The notes beneath the pieces were generated by a model. That model was not told the DNA's origin, ran no database searches, and worked only from the letters and a program-made list of their open reading frames with translations. Shown in pieces: positions 1 to 10,876 of a stretch of 32,000 bases of DNA; the stretch's first letter is position 1; each line of letters starts with the position of its first letter. Made by a program: the position numbers and the translations under genes. Location of the stretch: the NCBI GenBank assembly GCA_045690015.1, contig CP145877.1, positions 90,001 to 122,000 of the forward strand. The letters run 5' to 3'. The stretch is from Candidatus Saccharimonadota bacterium. Its GTDB lineage: Bacteria; Pseudomonadota; Gammaproteobacteria; Enterobacterales; Enterobacteriaceae.

Positions 1-8
1 ATAATTAT

Positions 9-266
9 TTAAATAATTTCTGATTTTTTAACTAAACGAACTAATGTCCATGCTTTAGTTTTCGATATAGGACGACATTCTCGTATTTCTACTAAATCAC
101 CAATCTCACATTGATTATATTCATCATGAATGTGTAATTTAGTCTTATTTTTTATAAATTTACCATAAATAGGATGTTTATAAAATCTCTCAATAATGAC
201 TGTAGCAGATTTTTGCATTTTATTACTAATTACTCGTCCTTGTAGAGTTCGTATTCTATCAATCAT
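9..266 (-). CDS. rpsQ: 30S ribosomal protein S17
   Basis: The 85-aa ORF is colinear with E. coli S17 ([16 protein letters not shown] and [16 protein letters not shown] blocks). ATG is at 264-266. The start overlaps the rpmC stop by 8 nt. Position after rpmC matches the S10 operon. Confidence 0.95.
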   Translation of the reverse strand: MIDRIRTLQGRVISNKMQKSATVIIERFYKHPIYGKFIKNKTKLHIHDEYNQCEIGDLVEIRECRPISKTKAWTLVRLVKKSEII

Positions 267-471
267 TATGTGACTCGCTCTTTTTTAGTGTAATAAAAGT
301 TTTAATACGAGCAATATTTCGTCGCGATTCTTTTAATAAATTATTATTTAATAGCCCTTGATTAATTTTTTTTTGTATACGTAAATTAAATAATTCCTGT
401 TCTAAATGAACTAATTCCATTTTTAAACTAGAAATATCTTTCTCTTTATTAAATAACTTATTCTTATCCAT
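259..471 (-). CDS. rpmC: 50S ribosomal protein L29
   Basis: The 70-aa ORF is L29-like ([17 protein letters not shown]). It lies between rplP and rpsQ as in the S10 operon. Its ATG shares one nt with the rplP TAA (TAATG). Confidence 0.9.
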   Translation of the reverse strand: MDKNKLFNKEKDISSLKMELVHLEQELFNLRIQKKINQGLLNNNLLKESRRNIARIKTFITLKKSESHND

Positions 472-884
472 TAGATTCTCATATTATTTACAAATATTGT
501 TTTAATCGGTAATTTTGCGGATGCTAATTTAAAAGCTGAACGAGCTAATTCTTCTGTTACTCCATCCATTTCATATAATACTTTACCAGGTTGAATACGT
601 GCCACCCAAAACTCTACATTGCCTTTACCTTTTCCCATTCGTACTTCTAAGGGTTTTTTAGTCATAGGTTTATCTGGAAAAATACAAATCCATATTTTTC
701 CTTGACGCTTGATTGCACGGCTCATTACTCTTCTTGCAGCTTCAATTTGAGATGCTGTTATCATACCGCGTTCTATAGCTTTTAATCCAAATATACCAAA
801 ATTGATTTTAGTACTAGTAGATAATCCTTTATTTCTACCCTTTTGCATTTTTCTAAATTTAGTACGTTTAGGTTGCAACATCAT
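471..884 (-). CDS. rplP: 50S ribosomal protein L16
   Basis: The product begins [20 protein letters not shown], close to E. coli L16 ([11 protein letters not shown]). An AGGAG Shine-Dalgarno lies 5 nt upstream. The true start may be the second Met at 881. Confidence 0.95.
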   Translation of the reverse strand: MMLQPKRTKFRKMQKGRNKGLSTSTKINFGIFGLKAIERGMITASQIEAARRVMSRAIKRQGKIWICIFPDKPMTKKPLEVRMGKGKGNVEFWVARIQPGKVLYEMDGVTEELARSAFKLASAKLPIKTIFVNNMRI

Positions 885-896
885 CTTTTCTCCTAT

Positions 897-1625
897 CTAT
901 TTACGATTTTTTCTTTTATTACGATGTTGCTTTTTATTAGGATTAGGTTTGGTCATTTTTTCTGATAAAACTAAAGGAATACCAGTCGGTAGACAATTAC
1001 CAAGAACTTCGCCTTTAAAAATCCATACTTTAACACCAATTACACCGTAATTTGTATACGCCTCAGAAATGCTAAAATCAATATCTGCTCGTAAAGTATG
1101 TAATGGAACACGTCCTTCACGATACCATTCTCTACGAGCTATCTCAGCTCCTCCAAGTCTTCCACTTATTTCAACTTTTATTCCTTTAGCACCTAATCTC
1201 ATAGCATTTTGTACTGCCCTTTTCATAGATCTACGAAAAATGACACGTCGTTCTAATTGAGAAGCTATGCTATCTGCAACTAGCTTTGCATTTAATTCTG
1301 GTTTACGCACTTCAGTAATATTAATTTGAGAAGGCACCCCTGTAATCTTAGCAACTTTCTGACGTAGTTTTTCTATATCTTCTCCTTTTTTACCTATAAT
1401 AATACCAGGACGTGCCGTATGAATAGTGATACGAATACTTTTAGCGGGACGTTCAATAAAAATATGAGATACAAATGCTTTAGCAAGTTTTTTATTCAAA
1501 AATTCTCTAATTTTATCATCACTTTCTAAGTTTTTAGCATAATCTCTCTTATTGGCAAACCAACTAGAATTCCAAAATTTGGTAATTCCTAATCTCATAC
1601 CATTTGGATGTACTTTTTGTCCCAT
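897..1625 (-). CDS. rpsC: 30S ribosomal protein S3
   Basis: The 242-aa ORF begins [14 protein letters not shown], has a KH-domain [11 protein letters not shown] motif and a basic C-terminal tail. Operon position is conserved. Confidence 0.96.
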   Translation of the reverse strand: MGQKVHPNGMRLGITKFWNSSWFANKRDYAKNLESDDKIREFLNKKLAKAFVSHIFIERPAKSIRITIHTARPGIIIGKKGEDIEKLRQKVAKITGVPSQINITEVRKPELNAKLVADSIASQLERRVIFRRSMKRAVQNAMRLGAKGIKVEISGRLGGAEIARREWYREGRVPLHTLRADIDFSISEAYTNYGVIGVKVWIFKGEVLGNCLPTGIPLVLSEKMTKPNPNKKQHRNKRKNRK

Positions 1626-1652
1626 AATAACTTTCCACCTTTTTCAAAAATA

Positions 1653-1985
1653 TTATTCATCTGATACAATTATCGTTATATGACTAGTATGTTTTAAAAT
1701 GCGATCTGTACGTCCTTTAGCTCTAGGAAGAGAACGTTTTATAGTTAAACCTTTATCAATAAAAACTCTTGCTATTTTTAATTTATCAATATCAGCACCA
1801 TCATTATGTTCAGAATTAGCAATGGCAGATTCCAAAACTTTCTTAAGAATTAGAGCTGCTTTTTTTTTATTGTAAGTTAAAATATTTAAAGCTTGTGATA
1901 CTTTTTCTCCCCTAATTTGATTCGCAATCAGACGAAGTTTTTGTGCAGAAGAAGAAGCATTATGATGTCTAGCTATGGTTTGCAT
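1653..1985 (-). CDS. rplV: 50S ribosomal protein L22
   Basis: The 110-aa ORF contains [14 protein letters not shown] and [22 protein letters not shown], matching E. coli L22. Operon position is conserved. Confidence 0.95.
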   Translation of the reverse strand: MQTIARHHNASSSAQKLRLIANQIRGEKVSQALNILTYNKKKAALILKKVLESAIANSEHNDGADIDKLKIARVFIDKGLTIKRSLPRAKGRTDRILKHTSHITIIVSDE

Positions 1986-2010
1986 TTAATTCAATTCCTT
2001 ATACTAACTA

Positions 2011-2289
2011 CTAGCGCTTTTTAATTTTTTTATCAGCGGTATGGCCACGATAAGTTCGTGTTGGGGCAAATTCTCCCAACTTATGACCTACCATTTCATC
2101 AGTAATGAATATAGGAACATGGTGACGTCCATTATGAACAGAAATAGTTAATCCAATCATATTAGGAAATATAGTTGAACGACGAGACCAAGTCCTTAAG
2201 GTTTTTTTATCCTTTTCTCTCACGGCCTTCTCAATTTTTTTAAATAAGTGTTGATCAATAAAAGGACCTTTCTTGATAGAACGTGGCAT
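2011..2289 (-). CDS. rpsS: 30S ribosomal protein S19
   Basis: The 92-aa ORF contains [45 protein letters not shown] and ADKK, nearly identical to E. coli S19. Confidence 0.97.
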   Translation of the reverse strand: MPRSIKKGPFIDQHLFKKIEKAVREKDKKTLRTWSRRSTIFPNMIGLTISVHNGRHHVPIFITDEMVGHKLGEFAPTRTYRGHTADKKIKKR

Positions 2290-2307
2290 TATAGTATATC
2301 CTCATCA

Positions 2308-3129
2308 TTATTTTCTACGATACTGTACTATAAATTTATCAGTACGTTTATTTTTACGAGTTTTTTTACCTTTAGTTGGTATACCCCAAGGAGTTACCGG
2401 ATGTTTTCCAAAATTGCGACCTTCACCACCTCCATGAGGGTGATCAATAGGATTCATTGCCGTTCCTCTTACTGTAGGGCGATCGCCTAACCATCTTTTA
2501 GCACCTGCCTTACCTAGAACACGTAACATATGTTCAGAATTCCCTACTTCTCCTATTGTAGCACGACAAGAGCAATAAATCCGTCTCAACTCTCCTGAAC
2601 GCAAACGAACAATTACATACTGACCTTCACATGTTATTATTTGTGCAGATGAACCCGCAGAACGTGCAATTTGTCCTCCCTTGCCAGGCTTGATTTCTAT
2701 ATTATGTACAATGGTTCCTACTGGTATGTTATATAAAGGTAAGGTGTTTCCTATTTTTATAGGAACTGATGTTCCAGATTGGATTTGATCTCCTACTTTT
2801 AAACCCTTAGGTGCTAATATATAACGACGTTCACCATCTTGATATAATACTAATGCAATATTTGCCGATCTATTAGGATCATATTCAATACGTTCAATTG
2901 TACTAATAATATCATCCTTATTACGTTTTAAGTCAATAAATCGATATTGCTGTTTATGTCCTCCTCCAATATGGCGTGTAGTGATTACACCCTGATTATT
3001 TCTTCCGCCTGTTTTTAACTTACTTTTAGTTAATGATGAAAACGGACGACCTTTGTAAATATTAGGATTAACTAATCGAACCAGATGACGACGTCCCGGA
3101 GAGGTTGGTTTACATTTAATTAATGTCAT
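2308..3129 (-). CDS. rplB: 50S ribosomal protein L2
   Basis: The 273-aa ORF carries the L2 hallmarks [27 protein letters not shown] and the C-terminal [13 protein letters not shown]. Confidence 0.97.
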   Translation of the reverse strand: MTLIKCKPTSPGRRHLVRLVNPNIYKGRPFSSLTKSKLKTGGRNNQGVITTRHIGGGHKQQYRFIDLKRNKDDIISTIERIEYDPNRSANIALVLYQDGERRYILAPKGLKVGDQIQSGTSVPIKIGNTLPLYNIPVGTIVHNIEIKPGKGGQIARSAGSSAQIITCEGQYVIVRLRSGELRRIYCSCRATIGEVGNSEHMLRVLGKAGAKRWLGDRPTVRGTAMNPIDHPHGGGEGRNFGKHPVTPWGIPTKGKKTRKNKRTDKFIVQYRRK

Positions 3130-3144
3130 TATTAAATCATTCCA

Positions 3145-3459
3145 TTATTCTATAGAATTAGATATACAATTGATTTTTTGTCCTGATTTTAAAGTAATAA
3201 AAGCTTTTTTCCAATTACGTTGGTGTGATTGAATAGCTTTAGATCGACGAGAATCAACATAAGATTTCATTTTACCTTTAACTTGTAAAGTATTCACATT
3301 AGTAACTTCTACATTAAAAATCTTTTTTACAGCAATCTTAATTGCTGTTTTTGTAGCATCTTTAGCAACTTTAAAAATAAAGGTATTATTTTTTTTTTCT
3401 ATATCAGATGATTTTTCAGAAACATGAGGAATATGTAATACCTTATGATAACTAATCAT
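3145..3459 (-). CDS. rplW: 50S ribosomal protein L23
   Basis: The 104-aa ORF contains [21 protein letters not shown] and WKKAFITLK, matching E. coli L23. Its ATG overlaps the rplD TGA (ATGA). Confidence 0.93.
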   Translation of the reverse strand: MISYHKVLHIPHVSEKSSDIEKKNNTFIFKVAKDATKTAIKIAVKKIFNVEVTNVNTLQVKGKMKSYVDSRRSKAIQSHQRNWKKAFITLKSGQKINCISNSIE

Positions 3460-4061
3460 ACTAACCTTTCCTCCAATTTTTTGATTGCATCTACTGTGAT
3501 AATAACATTATTAAATCCGATTAAACTGATTGGATCTATACATTCACTTTCTCTAACATCTACTCCATATAAATTACGTGCTGCTAAAAATAAATTATGA
3601 TTATATTTATCACTAATTATTAGTACATTCTTTGTGGAGAATTGATTTAATTTATTTACTAAACATTTAGTTTTAGCATCGCTTATAGAAAAATCTTTAA
3701 AAAGCATAAGGCGATTTTGTCGTATTAATTCTGAAAAGATACTTTTCAATGCCCCACGATACATTTTTTTATTTAATTTATATAAATGTTTTTTAGGTTT
3801 TGCAGCAAAAGTTACACCACCAGAACGCCAAATAGGACTCTTAACTGAACCTGCTCTAGCTCTACCTAAACCTTTTTGCCGCCATGGTTTTCTATTTGAA
3901 CCTTTTACTTCAGATCTATTCTTCTGTGCTCTGCTGCCTTGACGACCTCTAGTAGCAAAAGCTACTACAACTTGATGGATTAAAGATTGATTAAAACGTT
4001 GTCCGAATATTTTTTCAGACACGGTGATCATCTCACTCGTATCTCTTATTAGTAATTCCAT
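3456..4061 (-). CDS. rplD: 50S ribosomal protein L4
   Basis: The 201-aa ORF contains [31 protein letters not shown] and [29 protein letters not shown], colinear with E. coli L4. An AGGAG lies upstream inside the rplC tail. Confidence 0.96.
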   Translation of the reverse strand: MELLIRDTSEMITVSEKIFGQRFNQSLIHQVVVAFATRGRQGSRAQKNRSEVKGSNRKPWRQKGLGRARAGSVKSPIWRSGGVTFAAKPKKHLYKLNKKMYRGALKSIFSELIRQNRLMLFKDFSISDAKTKCLVNKLNQFSTKNVLIISDKYNHNLFLAARNLYGVDVRESECIDPISLIGFNNVIITVDAIKKLEERLV

Positions 4062-4719
4062 TTTTATCTCCTGAAGAAGAGGATTTTATTGCTGGTTTAA
4101 TAATAATTTCACTACCAGTAAATCCTGGAATAGATCCTTTGACTAATAAATAATTAGATTCAGTATCTACTCGAATAACTTTCAGATTTTGAATAGTTAT
4201 ACGTTCATTTCCTAATCTTCCTGCCATTTTTTTGCCTTTAAAAACTCTTCCTGGAGTCTGATTTTGTCCAATAGATCCAGGAACACGATGTGATAAAGAG
4301 TTTCCATGAGTAGCATCTTGAGTATGGAAATTCCATCGTTTCACAGTTCCAGCAAATCCTTTTCCTTTAGAAATTCCTGTTATATCTACTTTGGGAAAAT
4401 TGGAAAAAAAATTTACATTTATACTTTCACCTAAAGTAAATTTTAGATTATTCTCCTCTAATTTAGATATTCTAAATTCCTTTAAAGTTCTTCCAGCGAT
4501 TACTCCGGCTTTTTTAAAATGTCCTGCTTGAGGTTTATTCACTTTACTAGTTTTTAGTCTACCTGTTGTGACTTGTATAGCAGTATAACCATCGGTTAAA
4601 AAATTTTTTATTTGAGTAATATAATTATCTTCAATTTTTATTACACTAACTGGAATAGATTCTCCACTTTTAGTAAAAATACGAGTCATTCCAATTTTCG
4701 TTCCAACCAACCCAATCAT
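4033..4719 (-). CDS. rplC: 50S ribosomal protein L3, with a roughly 16-aa C-terminal extension
   Basis: The ORF begins [15 protein letters not shown] and contains [13 protein letters not shown] and [16 protein letters not shown]. The body ends at KPAIK, where E. coli L3 ends (PAVKA). It then continues [16 protein letters not shown] and overlaps rplD by 29 nt. Confidence 0.93.
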   Translation of the reverse strand: MIGLVGTKIGMTRIFTKSGESIPVSVIKIEDNYITQIKNFLTDGYTAIQVTTGRLKTSKVNKPQAGHFKKAGVIAGRTLKEFRISKLEENNLKFTLGESINVNFFSNFPKVDITGISKGKGFAGTVKRWNFHTQDATHGNSLSHRVPGSIGQNQTPGRVFKGKKMAGRLGNERITIQNLKVIRVDTESNYLLVKGSIPGFTGSEIIIKPAIKSSSSGDKNGITNKRYE

Positions 4720-4755
4720 CTTATTATAATCCTCATAATAACTTATTAATCATTA

Positions 4756-5070
4756 TTATCCTAAACTAATTTGTACATCTACTCCTGATGCTAGATCCAA
4801 ACGCATTAAAGCGTCTACAGTTTTTTCATTCGGGTCAATAATATCAACTAAGCGTTTATGAGTACGAATTTCATATTGATCTCTAGCATCTTTATTCACA
4901 TGAGGAGAGATTAAAATTGTAAAACGTTCTTTATGAGTAGGTAATGGAATAGGACCTCGTACTTGTGCTCCCGTACGTTTGGCTGTTTCAACAATTTCTA
5001 ACGTTGATTTATCTATTAAACGATGATCAAATGCTTTAAGACGAATACGTATTCTTTTTTGATTTTGCAT
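4756..5070 (-). CDS. rpsJ: 30S ribosomal protein S10
   Basis: The 104-aa ORF contains [44 protein letters not shown] and the C-terminal ISLG. Confidence 0.97.
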   Translation of the reverse strand: MQNQKRIRIRLKAFDHRLIDKSTLEIVETAKRTGAQVRGPIPLPTHKERFTILISPHVNKDARDQYEIRTHKRLVDIIDPNEKTVDALMRLDLASGVDVQISLG

Positions 5071-5204
5071 GTTGCTTCCTCTCCCATTAGCAGCAAATAA
5101 TCAATAAATTATCCCTGAAAAAATAGGGTATAATGAATATATGTGATTTAGATCTTGTAAATAATCTGTGACTATACATAAAGTTATATAATATAGGAAG
5201 CAAC
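5071..5204 (-). promoter_or_regulatory. Putative structured rpsJ (S10 operon) leader, with a long-range helix over the rpsJ Shine-Dalgarno and an internal hairpin
   Basis: gttgcttcct at 5071-5080 is the exact reverse complement of aggaagcaac at 5195-5204. On the minus-strand RNA the upstream GGUUGCUUCCU segment can therefore pair with AGGAAGCAAC immediately 5' of the rpsJ AUG. An internal hairpin spans 5108-5134 (attatccct / agggtataat), with 9 bp and one bulge. E. coli has an L4-responsive S10 leader at the equivalent position. Confidence 0.4.
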
Positions 5205-5228
5205 CGTGGATGCTATCTCTACTGTATT

Positions 5229-6413
5229 CTAATTAATCACTTTGGTGACTAAACCTGCTCCTACAGTCCTACCACCTTCTCGAATAGCAAATCTAAGTCC
5301 TTCATCCATAGCAATGGGATGAATAAGATTAACCAACATTTTTATATTATCTCCGGGCATCACCATTTCTACTTCTTTTGGTAATTCAATAGTACCAGTC
5401 ACATCCGTTGTACGAAAATAAAACTGTGGTCTATAACCATTAAAAAAAGGAGTATGACGACCGCCTTCATCCTTATTAAGGATATATACTTCCGCTTCAA
5501 ATTTTGCATGAGGTTTTATAGAATTTGGTTTAGCTAAAACCTGTCCTCTTTCAATATCTTCTCTTTTTATGCCTCTTAATAAAATTCCAATATTTTCACC
5601 GGCACGTCCCTCATCCAATAACTTCCGGAACATTTCTACTCCAGTACATATAGATTTTACTGTATCTCTAATTCCTACTATTTCTACTTCATCACCTATT
5701 TTTATTATTCCTTGTTCAACACGTCCCGTTACTACAGTTCCTCTTCCAGAGATAGAAAAAACATCTTCAATTGGTAATAAAAAAGGTTTTTCAATATCAC
5801 GTTTTGGTTCAGGTATATAAGTATCTAGATGACCTGCTAATTCAATAATTTTTTCTTCCCAATTCCTATCTCCTTCTAATGCTTTCAATGCTGATCCATG
5901 CACTATGGGAGTAGTTTCTCCAGGAAAGTCATATTGGGATAATAAATCACGAACTTCCATCTCTACTAGTTCCAATAATTCTTCATCATCAACCATATCG
6001 CATTTATTTATAAATACTATAATATAAGGCACACCTACTTGACGCGCTAAAAGAATATGTTCTCTAGTTTGTGGCATAGGACCATCTGTCGCAGCTACTA
6101 CTAATATTGCACCATCCATTTGTGCAGCTCCTGTGATCATATTTTTAACATAATCTGCATGTCCAGGACAATCTACATGTGCATAATGACGCATTGAAGT
6201 ATCGTATTCCACATGAGAAGTATTAATTGTAATACCTCTAGCTTTCTCTTCGGGAGCATTATCAATTTGATAAAAACTATAAGCAGCTCCTCCGTAATAT
6301 TTTGATAATACGGTAGTAATTGCTGCAGTTAAAGTAGTTTTTCCATGATCTACATGACCTATTGTACCTACATTAATATGTGGCTTTTTACGGGTAAATT
6401 TTTCTTTAGACAC
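5229..6413 (-). CDS. tufA: Elongation factor Tu
   Basis: The 394-aa ORF contains [35 protein letters not shown] and NKCD. It starts with GTG (cac at 6411-6413) as E. coli tufA does. Its position after fusA identifies it as tufA. Confidence 0.98.
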   Translation of the reverse strand: MSKEKFTRKKPHINVGTIGHVDHGKTTLTAAITTVLSKYYGGAAYSFYQIDNAPEEKARGITINTSHVEYDTSMRHYAHVDCPGHADYVKNMITGAAQMDGAILVVAATDGPMPQTREHILLARQVGVPYIIVFINKCDMVDDEELLELVEMEVRDLLSQYDFPGETTPIVHGSALKALEGDRNWEEKIIELAGHLDTYIPEPKRDIEKPFLLPIEDVFSISGRGTVVTGRVEQGIIKIGDEVEIVGIRDTVKSICTGVEMFRKLLDEGRAGENIGILLRGIKREDIERGQVLAKPNSIKPHAKFEAEVYILNKDEGGRHTPFFNGYRPQFYFRTTDVTGTIELPKEVEMVMPGDNIKMLVNLIHPIAMDEGLRFAIREGGRTVGAGLVTKVIN

Positions 6414-6485
6414 AGCTCATTCCTTAAATAAATTTTCTGTTGGTATTGGAGGTGTAAATCTTCAAAAGATTATAATATAGAAACA

Positions 6486-8594
6486 TCATTTCTTATGGGA
6501 TTGTATAATAGCTTCAGTAATATTCAAAGGAGCTTCATTATATTTTAAAAACTCCATTGAATAAGAGCCTCTACCTTGAGTTTGAGATCTGAGATCTGTA
6601 GCATATCCAAACATATCGGATAATGGAATATGAGCACGAATAATATGAAGATTATTATGGTTTTCCTCCATAGTTTCAATTATTCCACGACGACGTGTTA
6701 AATCACCAATTACATCACCCATATAATCTTTTGGAATTTGTATTTCTACTTTCATAATAGGTTCTAAAATAACAGGGCATGCTTTTCTAAAACCTTCTTT
6801 AAAGGCTATGGAAGCTGCAATTTTAAAAGCAATTTCAGAGGAATCAACTTCATGGTAAGAACCATCAAAAAGTGTAACTTTAACATTAACAATTGGATAA
6901 CCAGCTATAACTCCACTTTTGATTTGTTCTTGAATTCCTTTGTCTATTGCTGGGATATATTCTTTAGGAATAACTCCTCCTACTATAGCATTAACAAATT
7001 CATATCCTACCCCTGATGCTAAGGCTAAGGGTTCGATTTTTAACCAAACGTGGCCAAATTGTCCTCTTCCACCAGATTGACGAATATATTTTCCTTCCTG
7101 TTCAATACTATTACGAATAGTTTCACGATAAGCTACTTGAGGTTTCCCAATATTAGCTTGAATATTAAATTCACGATGCATTCTATCTTTAATAATTTCT
7201 AAATGCAATTCGCCCATTCCCGCAATAATTGTCTGACCAGATTCTATATCAGTCCAAACATGAAAAGATGGATCTTCTTTAGTCATTTTACCTAAAACTA
7301 GACTCATTCTTTCTTGATCTATTTTAGTTTTAGGTTCTATTGCTACAGAAATTACTGGCTCGGGAAAATCCATTTTTTCAAGAATTATAGGATTATTCGG
7401 ATCACAAAGAGTATCACCAGTATTTACATCTTTCAATCCAACGGCTGCTGCAATATCTCCAGCTCTAACTTCTTTTATTTCTTCTTTTTTGTTCGCATGC
7501 ATTTGTACTATACGTCCAAATCTTTCTCTTTGAGATTTAACGGAATTTAATACAATATCTCCACAATTAACTACTCCTGAATATACTCTAAAAAAAGTTA
7601 AATTGCCTACAAATGGATCTGATGCTACTTTAAATGCTAAAGCTGCAAAAGATTCATTATCATGTGATTGACGTACTAAGGGTTGATTTTTATCTAGATA
7701 AACTCCATTAATAGGAGGAATATCAATAGGAGCTGGTAAATATTCTATAATAGCATCTAATATAGTCTGAATACCTTTATTTTTAAAAGCTGATCCACAC
7801 GTAACTAATAATATTTCATTTTTCAAAACTCGAGTACGCAAAGAAGATTTTATCTCTTTCTGACTAATAGGTTCCCCACTCAGATATTTATACATAAGAT
7901 CTTCTGAAGATTCTACTGCTGATTCTACTAAATTTTGATGCCACTTGGTAGCTATTGTTGTCATATCTAGCGGAATGTCACGATATATAAAATTTACACC
8001 ATTATCGTCATCATTCCAATGAATAGCCTTCATATTAACTAAATCAATGACTCCGCTAAATTTATCTTCAACACCAATTGGTAATTGAATAGGTACTGGA
8101 TTAGCTGATAATTTATTTTTAAGTTGATCAACTACTTTTAAGAAATCGGCTCCTATACGATCCATTTTATTGATGAATGCTATTCTAGGAACATTATATT
8201 TATTTGCTTGTCTCCAAACAGTTTCAGATTGAGGTTGAACACCCCCAACTGCACAATATATCATTAATACACCATCGAGTACACGCATTGAACGTTCTAC
8301 TTCAACGGTAAAATCTACATGTCCAGGAGTATCTATAATATTAATACGATGAGGTTCAAATTGCTTCAACATACCTGACCAAAATGCTGTAGTAGCTGCT
8401 GAAGTAATAGTAATACCTCTTTCTTGTTCTTGTGCCATCCAATCCATAGTAGCTGCACCATCATGAACTTCTCCTATTTTATGATTTACTCCAGTATAAA
8501 ATAAAATCCGTTCTGTAGTAGTTGTTTTCCCGGCATCAATATGTGCACTAATACCAATATTACGGTAATGTGTAATAGGTGTTATACGAGCCAT
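6486..8594 (-). CDS. fusA: Elongation factor G
   Basis: The 702-aa ORF contains [31 protein letters not shown] and NKMDR. The order rpsG-fusA-tufA is conserved. Confidence 0.98.
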   Translation of the reverse strand: MARITPITHYRNIGISAHIDAGKTTTTERILFYTGVNHKIGEVHDGAATMDWMAQEQERGITITSAATTAFWSGMLKQFEPHRINIIDTPGHVDFTVEVERSMRVLDGVLMIYCAVGGVQPQSETVWRQANKYNVPRIAFINKMDRIGADFLKVVDQLKNKLSANPVPIQLPIGVEDKFSGVIDLVNMKAIHWNDDDNGVNFIYRDIPLDMTTIATKWHQNLVESAVESSEDLMYKYLSGEPISQKEIKSSLRTRVLKNEILLVTCGSAFKNKGIQTILDAIIEYLPAPIDIPPINGVYLDKNQPLVRQSHDNESFAALAFKVASDPFVGNLTFFRVYSGVVNCGDIVLNSVKSQRERFGRIVQMHANKKEEIKEVRAGDIAAAVGLKDVNTGDTLCDPNNPIILEKMDFPEPVISVAIEPKTKIDQERMSLVLGKMTKEDPSFHVWTDIESGQTIIAGMGELHLEIIKDRMHREFNIQANIGKPQVAYRETIRNSIEQEGKYIRQSGGRGQFGHVWLKIEPLALASGVGYEFVNAIVGGVIPKEYIPAIDKGIQEQIKSGVIAGYPIVNVKVTLFDGSYHEVDSSEIAFKIAASIAFKEGFRKACPVILEPIMKVEIQIPKDYMGDVIGDLTRRRGIIETMEENHNNLHIIRAHIPLSDMFGYATDLRSQTQGRGSYSMEFLKYNEAPLNITEAIIQSHKK

Positions 8595-8671
8595 TTAACT
8601 CCTCTAATGTTATTGTGAGGGATAAAATTGAAATTATTTATTTTAAATTTCATTCATTATAATAAATATAA

Positions 8672-9142
8672 TTACCATCTATAATGAACAAATGCCTTAT
8701 TAGATTCAGCGATTCGATGTACTTCTTCACGTTTTTTAACGGCGTATCCTTTATTTTCTAAAGCTTCACATAACTCATTCCCCAGTCTTTTAGCCATTGA
8801 TTGATCTTTTCTTTTTCTAGCAGCTTCAACTATCCAACGCATTGCTAGAGTATTACGTCGTATATGACGTACCTCAATAGGTATTTGATAAGTAGAACCA
8901 CCTACTCGTCGTGATTTTACTTCTAACAAAGGACGAACCTTTTCTAAAGCTAATTCAAATGATTTTAATTCATCCATTCTGGAATGTTTTACAACCATTT
9001 GTAATGCTGAATATACTATTTTTTCCGCTACCGATTTTTTTCCTTTTACCATTAATATATTAATAAATTTCGCCAATAATTCCGACTTAAACTTAGGATC
9101 CGCCATAATTTTTCGTTCACCAAAAACACGACGACGTGACAT
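8672..9142 (-). CDS. rpsG: 30S ribosomal protein S7
   Basis: The 156-aa ORF contains [35 protein letters not shown] and the C-terminal HYRW. Confidence 0.96.
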   Translation of the reverse strand: MSRRRVFGERKIMADPKFKSELLAKFINILMVKGKKSVAEKIVYSALQMVVKHSRMDELKSFELALEKVRPLLEVKSRRVGGSTYQIPIEVRHIRRNTLAMRWIVEAARKRKDQSMAKRLGNELCEALENKGYAVKKREEVHRIAESNKAFVHYRW

Positions 9143-9182
9143 AATACTCTACTCCTTAGTTAAAATGAATGAGAAAGTTCAT

Positions 9183-9554
9183 TTAGATTTTTTTCTTAGT
9201 ACCATATTTAGATCGAGCACGCTTACGATCTTTAACTCCAGAACAATCATAAGTTCCACGAATTGTATGATAACGTACTCCTGGTAAATCTTTTACACGT
9301 CCTCCACGAATTAGAACTACTGAATGTTCTTGCAAATTATGACCTTCTCCACCAATATAAGAAGTAACTTCAAAACCATTAGTTAAACGAACTCTACATA
9401 CTTTACGTAGAGCAGAATTAGGTTTCTTAGGAGTGGTAGTATATACTCTGGTACATACTCCTCTTTTTTGAGGACATCCTTGTAAAGCTGGAACATTACT
9501 CTTAGTTGTTTTATGTTTCCTAGGCTTTCGAACTAGTTGATTTATAGTTGCCAT
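9183..9554 (-). CDS. rpsL: 30S ribosomal protein S12
   Basis: The track ORF (to 9680, TTG start) is over-extended. Conserved S12 begins at [13 protein letters not shown], with ATG at 9552-9554 and an AAGGAA Shine-Dalgarno upstream. It contains [13 protein letters not shown] and [14 protein letters not shown]. Confidence 0.95.
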   Translation of the reverse strand: MATINQLVRKPRKHKTTKSNVPALQGCPQKRGVCTRVYTTTPKKPNSALRKVCRVRLTNGFEVTSYIGGEGHNLQEHSVVLIRGGRVKDLPGVRYHTIRGTYDCSGVKDRKRARSKYGTKKKI

Positions 9555-9621
9555 ATCCATATTCCTTAAATTAATATTAATATATATAAACTTTTTAATA
9601 AAGGTTAAATAGTTAAAAAGA

Positions 9622-9909
9622 TTACCAATGTATTTGTTGTATATGATTAATAGAAAGGGTGATAAATTCATTATAATCAATTAAAGTAATAGATGAGGAC
9701 ATCAATTGTAAAACTCCTCTTGCTTCTACATCATTTTTAAGTGCGAAAACTGCTACAGTGATTGTGGATAATTTTTTTAAAAAAACATGGTTTTTAAAAC
9801 CCATGATTATTCCATCTTGTAACAGAAAAATTTCATCACCTTGCATTAAAATTTGCAAAAAAATATCTATATTTATTTCATATAAAGGCTTTGAAAGCAG
9901 ATGTAACAT
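9622..9909 (-). CDS. tusB: tRNA 2-thiouridine sulfur-relay protein TusB (DsrH family)
   Basis: The 95-aa ORF contains [26 protein letters not shown] and ITLIDYNEF, colinear with E. coli TusB. The tusDCB-rpsL synteny is conserved. Confidence 0.88.
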   Translation of the reverse strand: MLHLLSKPLYEINIDIFLQILMQGDEIFLLQDGIIMGFKNHVFLKKLSTITVAVFALKNDVEARGVLQLMSSSITLIDYNEFITLSINHIQQIHW

Positions 9910-9924
9910 GTAGATTAAAATGAA

Positions 9925-10290
9925 TCAAAACGTTAATATCTTTTCAAAGGAATGCAATTGTATTTTTAAATCAGAAGGAGATAATATATCAACAGAAATT
10001 AAAAATTTTGTATTAAACGCAATTCCTCTTTCTCTTAATGACATACCACATACATATATATATTTTATATCATAAATCTTCAATATTTGAAAGCTATTAA
10101 CATAATTACGTGTTAAAATTTTATTGTTTTTATGGGACCCATAAATTTGTAATACTCCATCCCCTATAAAAAATAATCCTATCTCATTAGTAATAGCAGC
10201 AGTTGCTAATACTATATCTAAACCCTCTCTCCCTATACTAGTTCCATGAGGAGAATGTAAAAAAACAAATCCAATACGTTTACGTTTCAT
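9925..10290 (-). CDS. tusC: tRNA 2-thiouridine sulfur-relay protein TusC (DsrF family)
   Basis: The 121-aa ORF contains IGFVF, PHGTSIGREGLDIVLATAA, FFIGDGV and CGMSLRERG, matching E. coli TusC. Synteny supports the call. Confidence 0.9.
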   Translation of the reverse strand: MKRKRIGFVFLHSPHGTSIGREGLDIVLATAAITNEIGLFFIGDGVLQIYGSHKNNKILTRNYVNSFQILKIYDIKYIYVCGMSLRERGIAFNTKFLISVDILSPSDLKIQLHSFEKILTF

Positions 10291-10679
10291 TAAAACTGTA
10301 CCAATCTATCACAAGTTAAAATTGATTTAACTAAAGTTGCTAATCCGCTCATGTTAAATCCACTTTCTAGATTATTTATTGATTCTAAGGTTTTATTATT
10401 AGTAAAAAATCCTACTCCTCGTCTCATAGCAGCTGATGAACATACATTTAAATTAATACCGTGTTCAATATTCATTTTCTGCCAAGCACGTACTAAATCA
10501 AATTCATCCACTGCAGGATAACTAAAGCGATTAGCATTATATATACCTTCACCATAAAAGAAAATTGAATCTAAGTAATGATTTGGATTAGAATAAACTA
10601 TTTGGTCAGCGAATAAATAAGCACTGCTTGCATTTTGTGTTCCATAAGCTGGACCTGTAACCAATAAAACAAATTTCAT
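10290..10679 (-). CDS. tusD: tRNA 2-thiouridine sulfurtransferase TusD (DsrE family)
   Basis: The 129-aa ORF contains VTGPAYGTQNASSAY, FFYGEGIYNAN and VCSSAAMRRGV, which includes the conserved active-site Cys region. Its stop overlaps the tusC ATG (TAATG). Confidence 0.9.
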   Translation of the reverse strand: MKFVLLVTGPAYGTQNASSAYLFADQIVYSNPNHYLDSIFFYGEGIYNANRFSYPAVDEFDLVRAWQKMNIEHGINLNVCSSAAMRRGVGFFTNNKTLESINNLESGFNMSGLATLVKSILTCDRLVQF

Positions 10680-10876
10680 TTAATATTTTTTTATAAAATA
10701 AGAAGAGATTAAAATTAATTAAATATTTTAAACTAAATTTATCTAATTTTATACCTTAACTAGGTTAATATAAAAAATCTTTTTTACTCGATTAGAAAAT
10801 TAAGTTTATACATGCATTTTATATAAATTAGAATGGTAAAAAGATGGTTTTTTAGATTCTTAAAAGGAACATAAAA

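Noticed and set aside
802-1260. Plus-strand ORFs at 802-1050 and 1069-1260, opposite rplP and rpsC.
   Set aside because: They are antisense to conserved ribosomal protein genes and are hydrophobic or low-complexity with no start context. The same applies to 2248-2490, 5569-5820, 7314-7550, 11128-11313, 14595-14780 (out-of-frame within yadH), 16554-16745, 28716-29027 and 30270-30548.
5129-5134. A consensus TATAAT on the plus strand in the tufA-rpsJ spacer.
   Set aside because: It would fire antisense into tufA and is simply one arm of the leader hairpin. TATAAT hexamers are abundant by chance at this base composition. For the same reason I did not call sigma-70 promoters elsewhere. One example is the TTCACA-N18-TATAAT arrangement with a TGn extension at 18056-18085 upstream of degP, which is plausible but unprovable from sequence alone.
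9555-9680. A 42-codon N-terminal extension of the rpsL ORF, with a TTG start at 9680.
   Set aside because: The extension is non-conserved Ile/Asn/Leu-rich sequence that overlaps the tusB 3' end. Conserved S12 starts at MATINQ (9554) with its own AAGGAA Shine-Dalgarno.
9763-9771. A perfect DnaA-box 9-mer (tgtggataa, which is TTATCCACA on the minus strand) inside tusB.
   Set aside because: It is a single isolated box inside a coding region, with no cluster and no adjacent AT-rich DNA-unwinding element or dnaA/gidA context. A rough composition-based estimate gives a chance expectation of a few tenths per window. A second site at about 17206-17214 matches only 8 of 9 positions.
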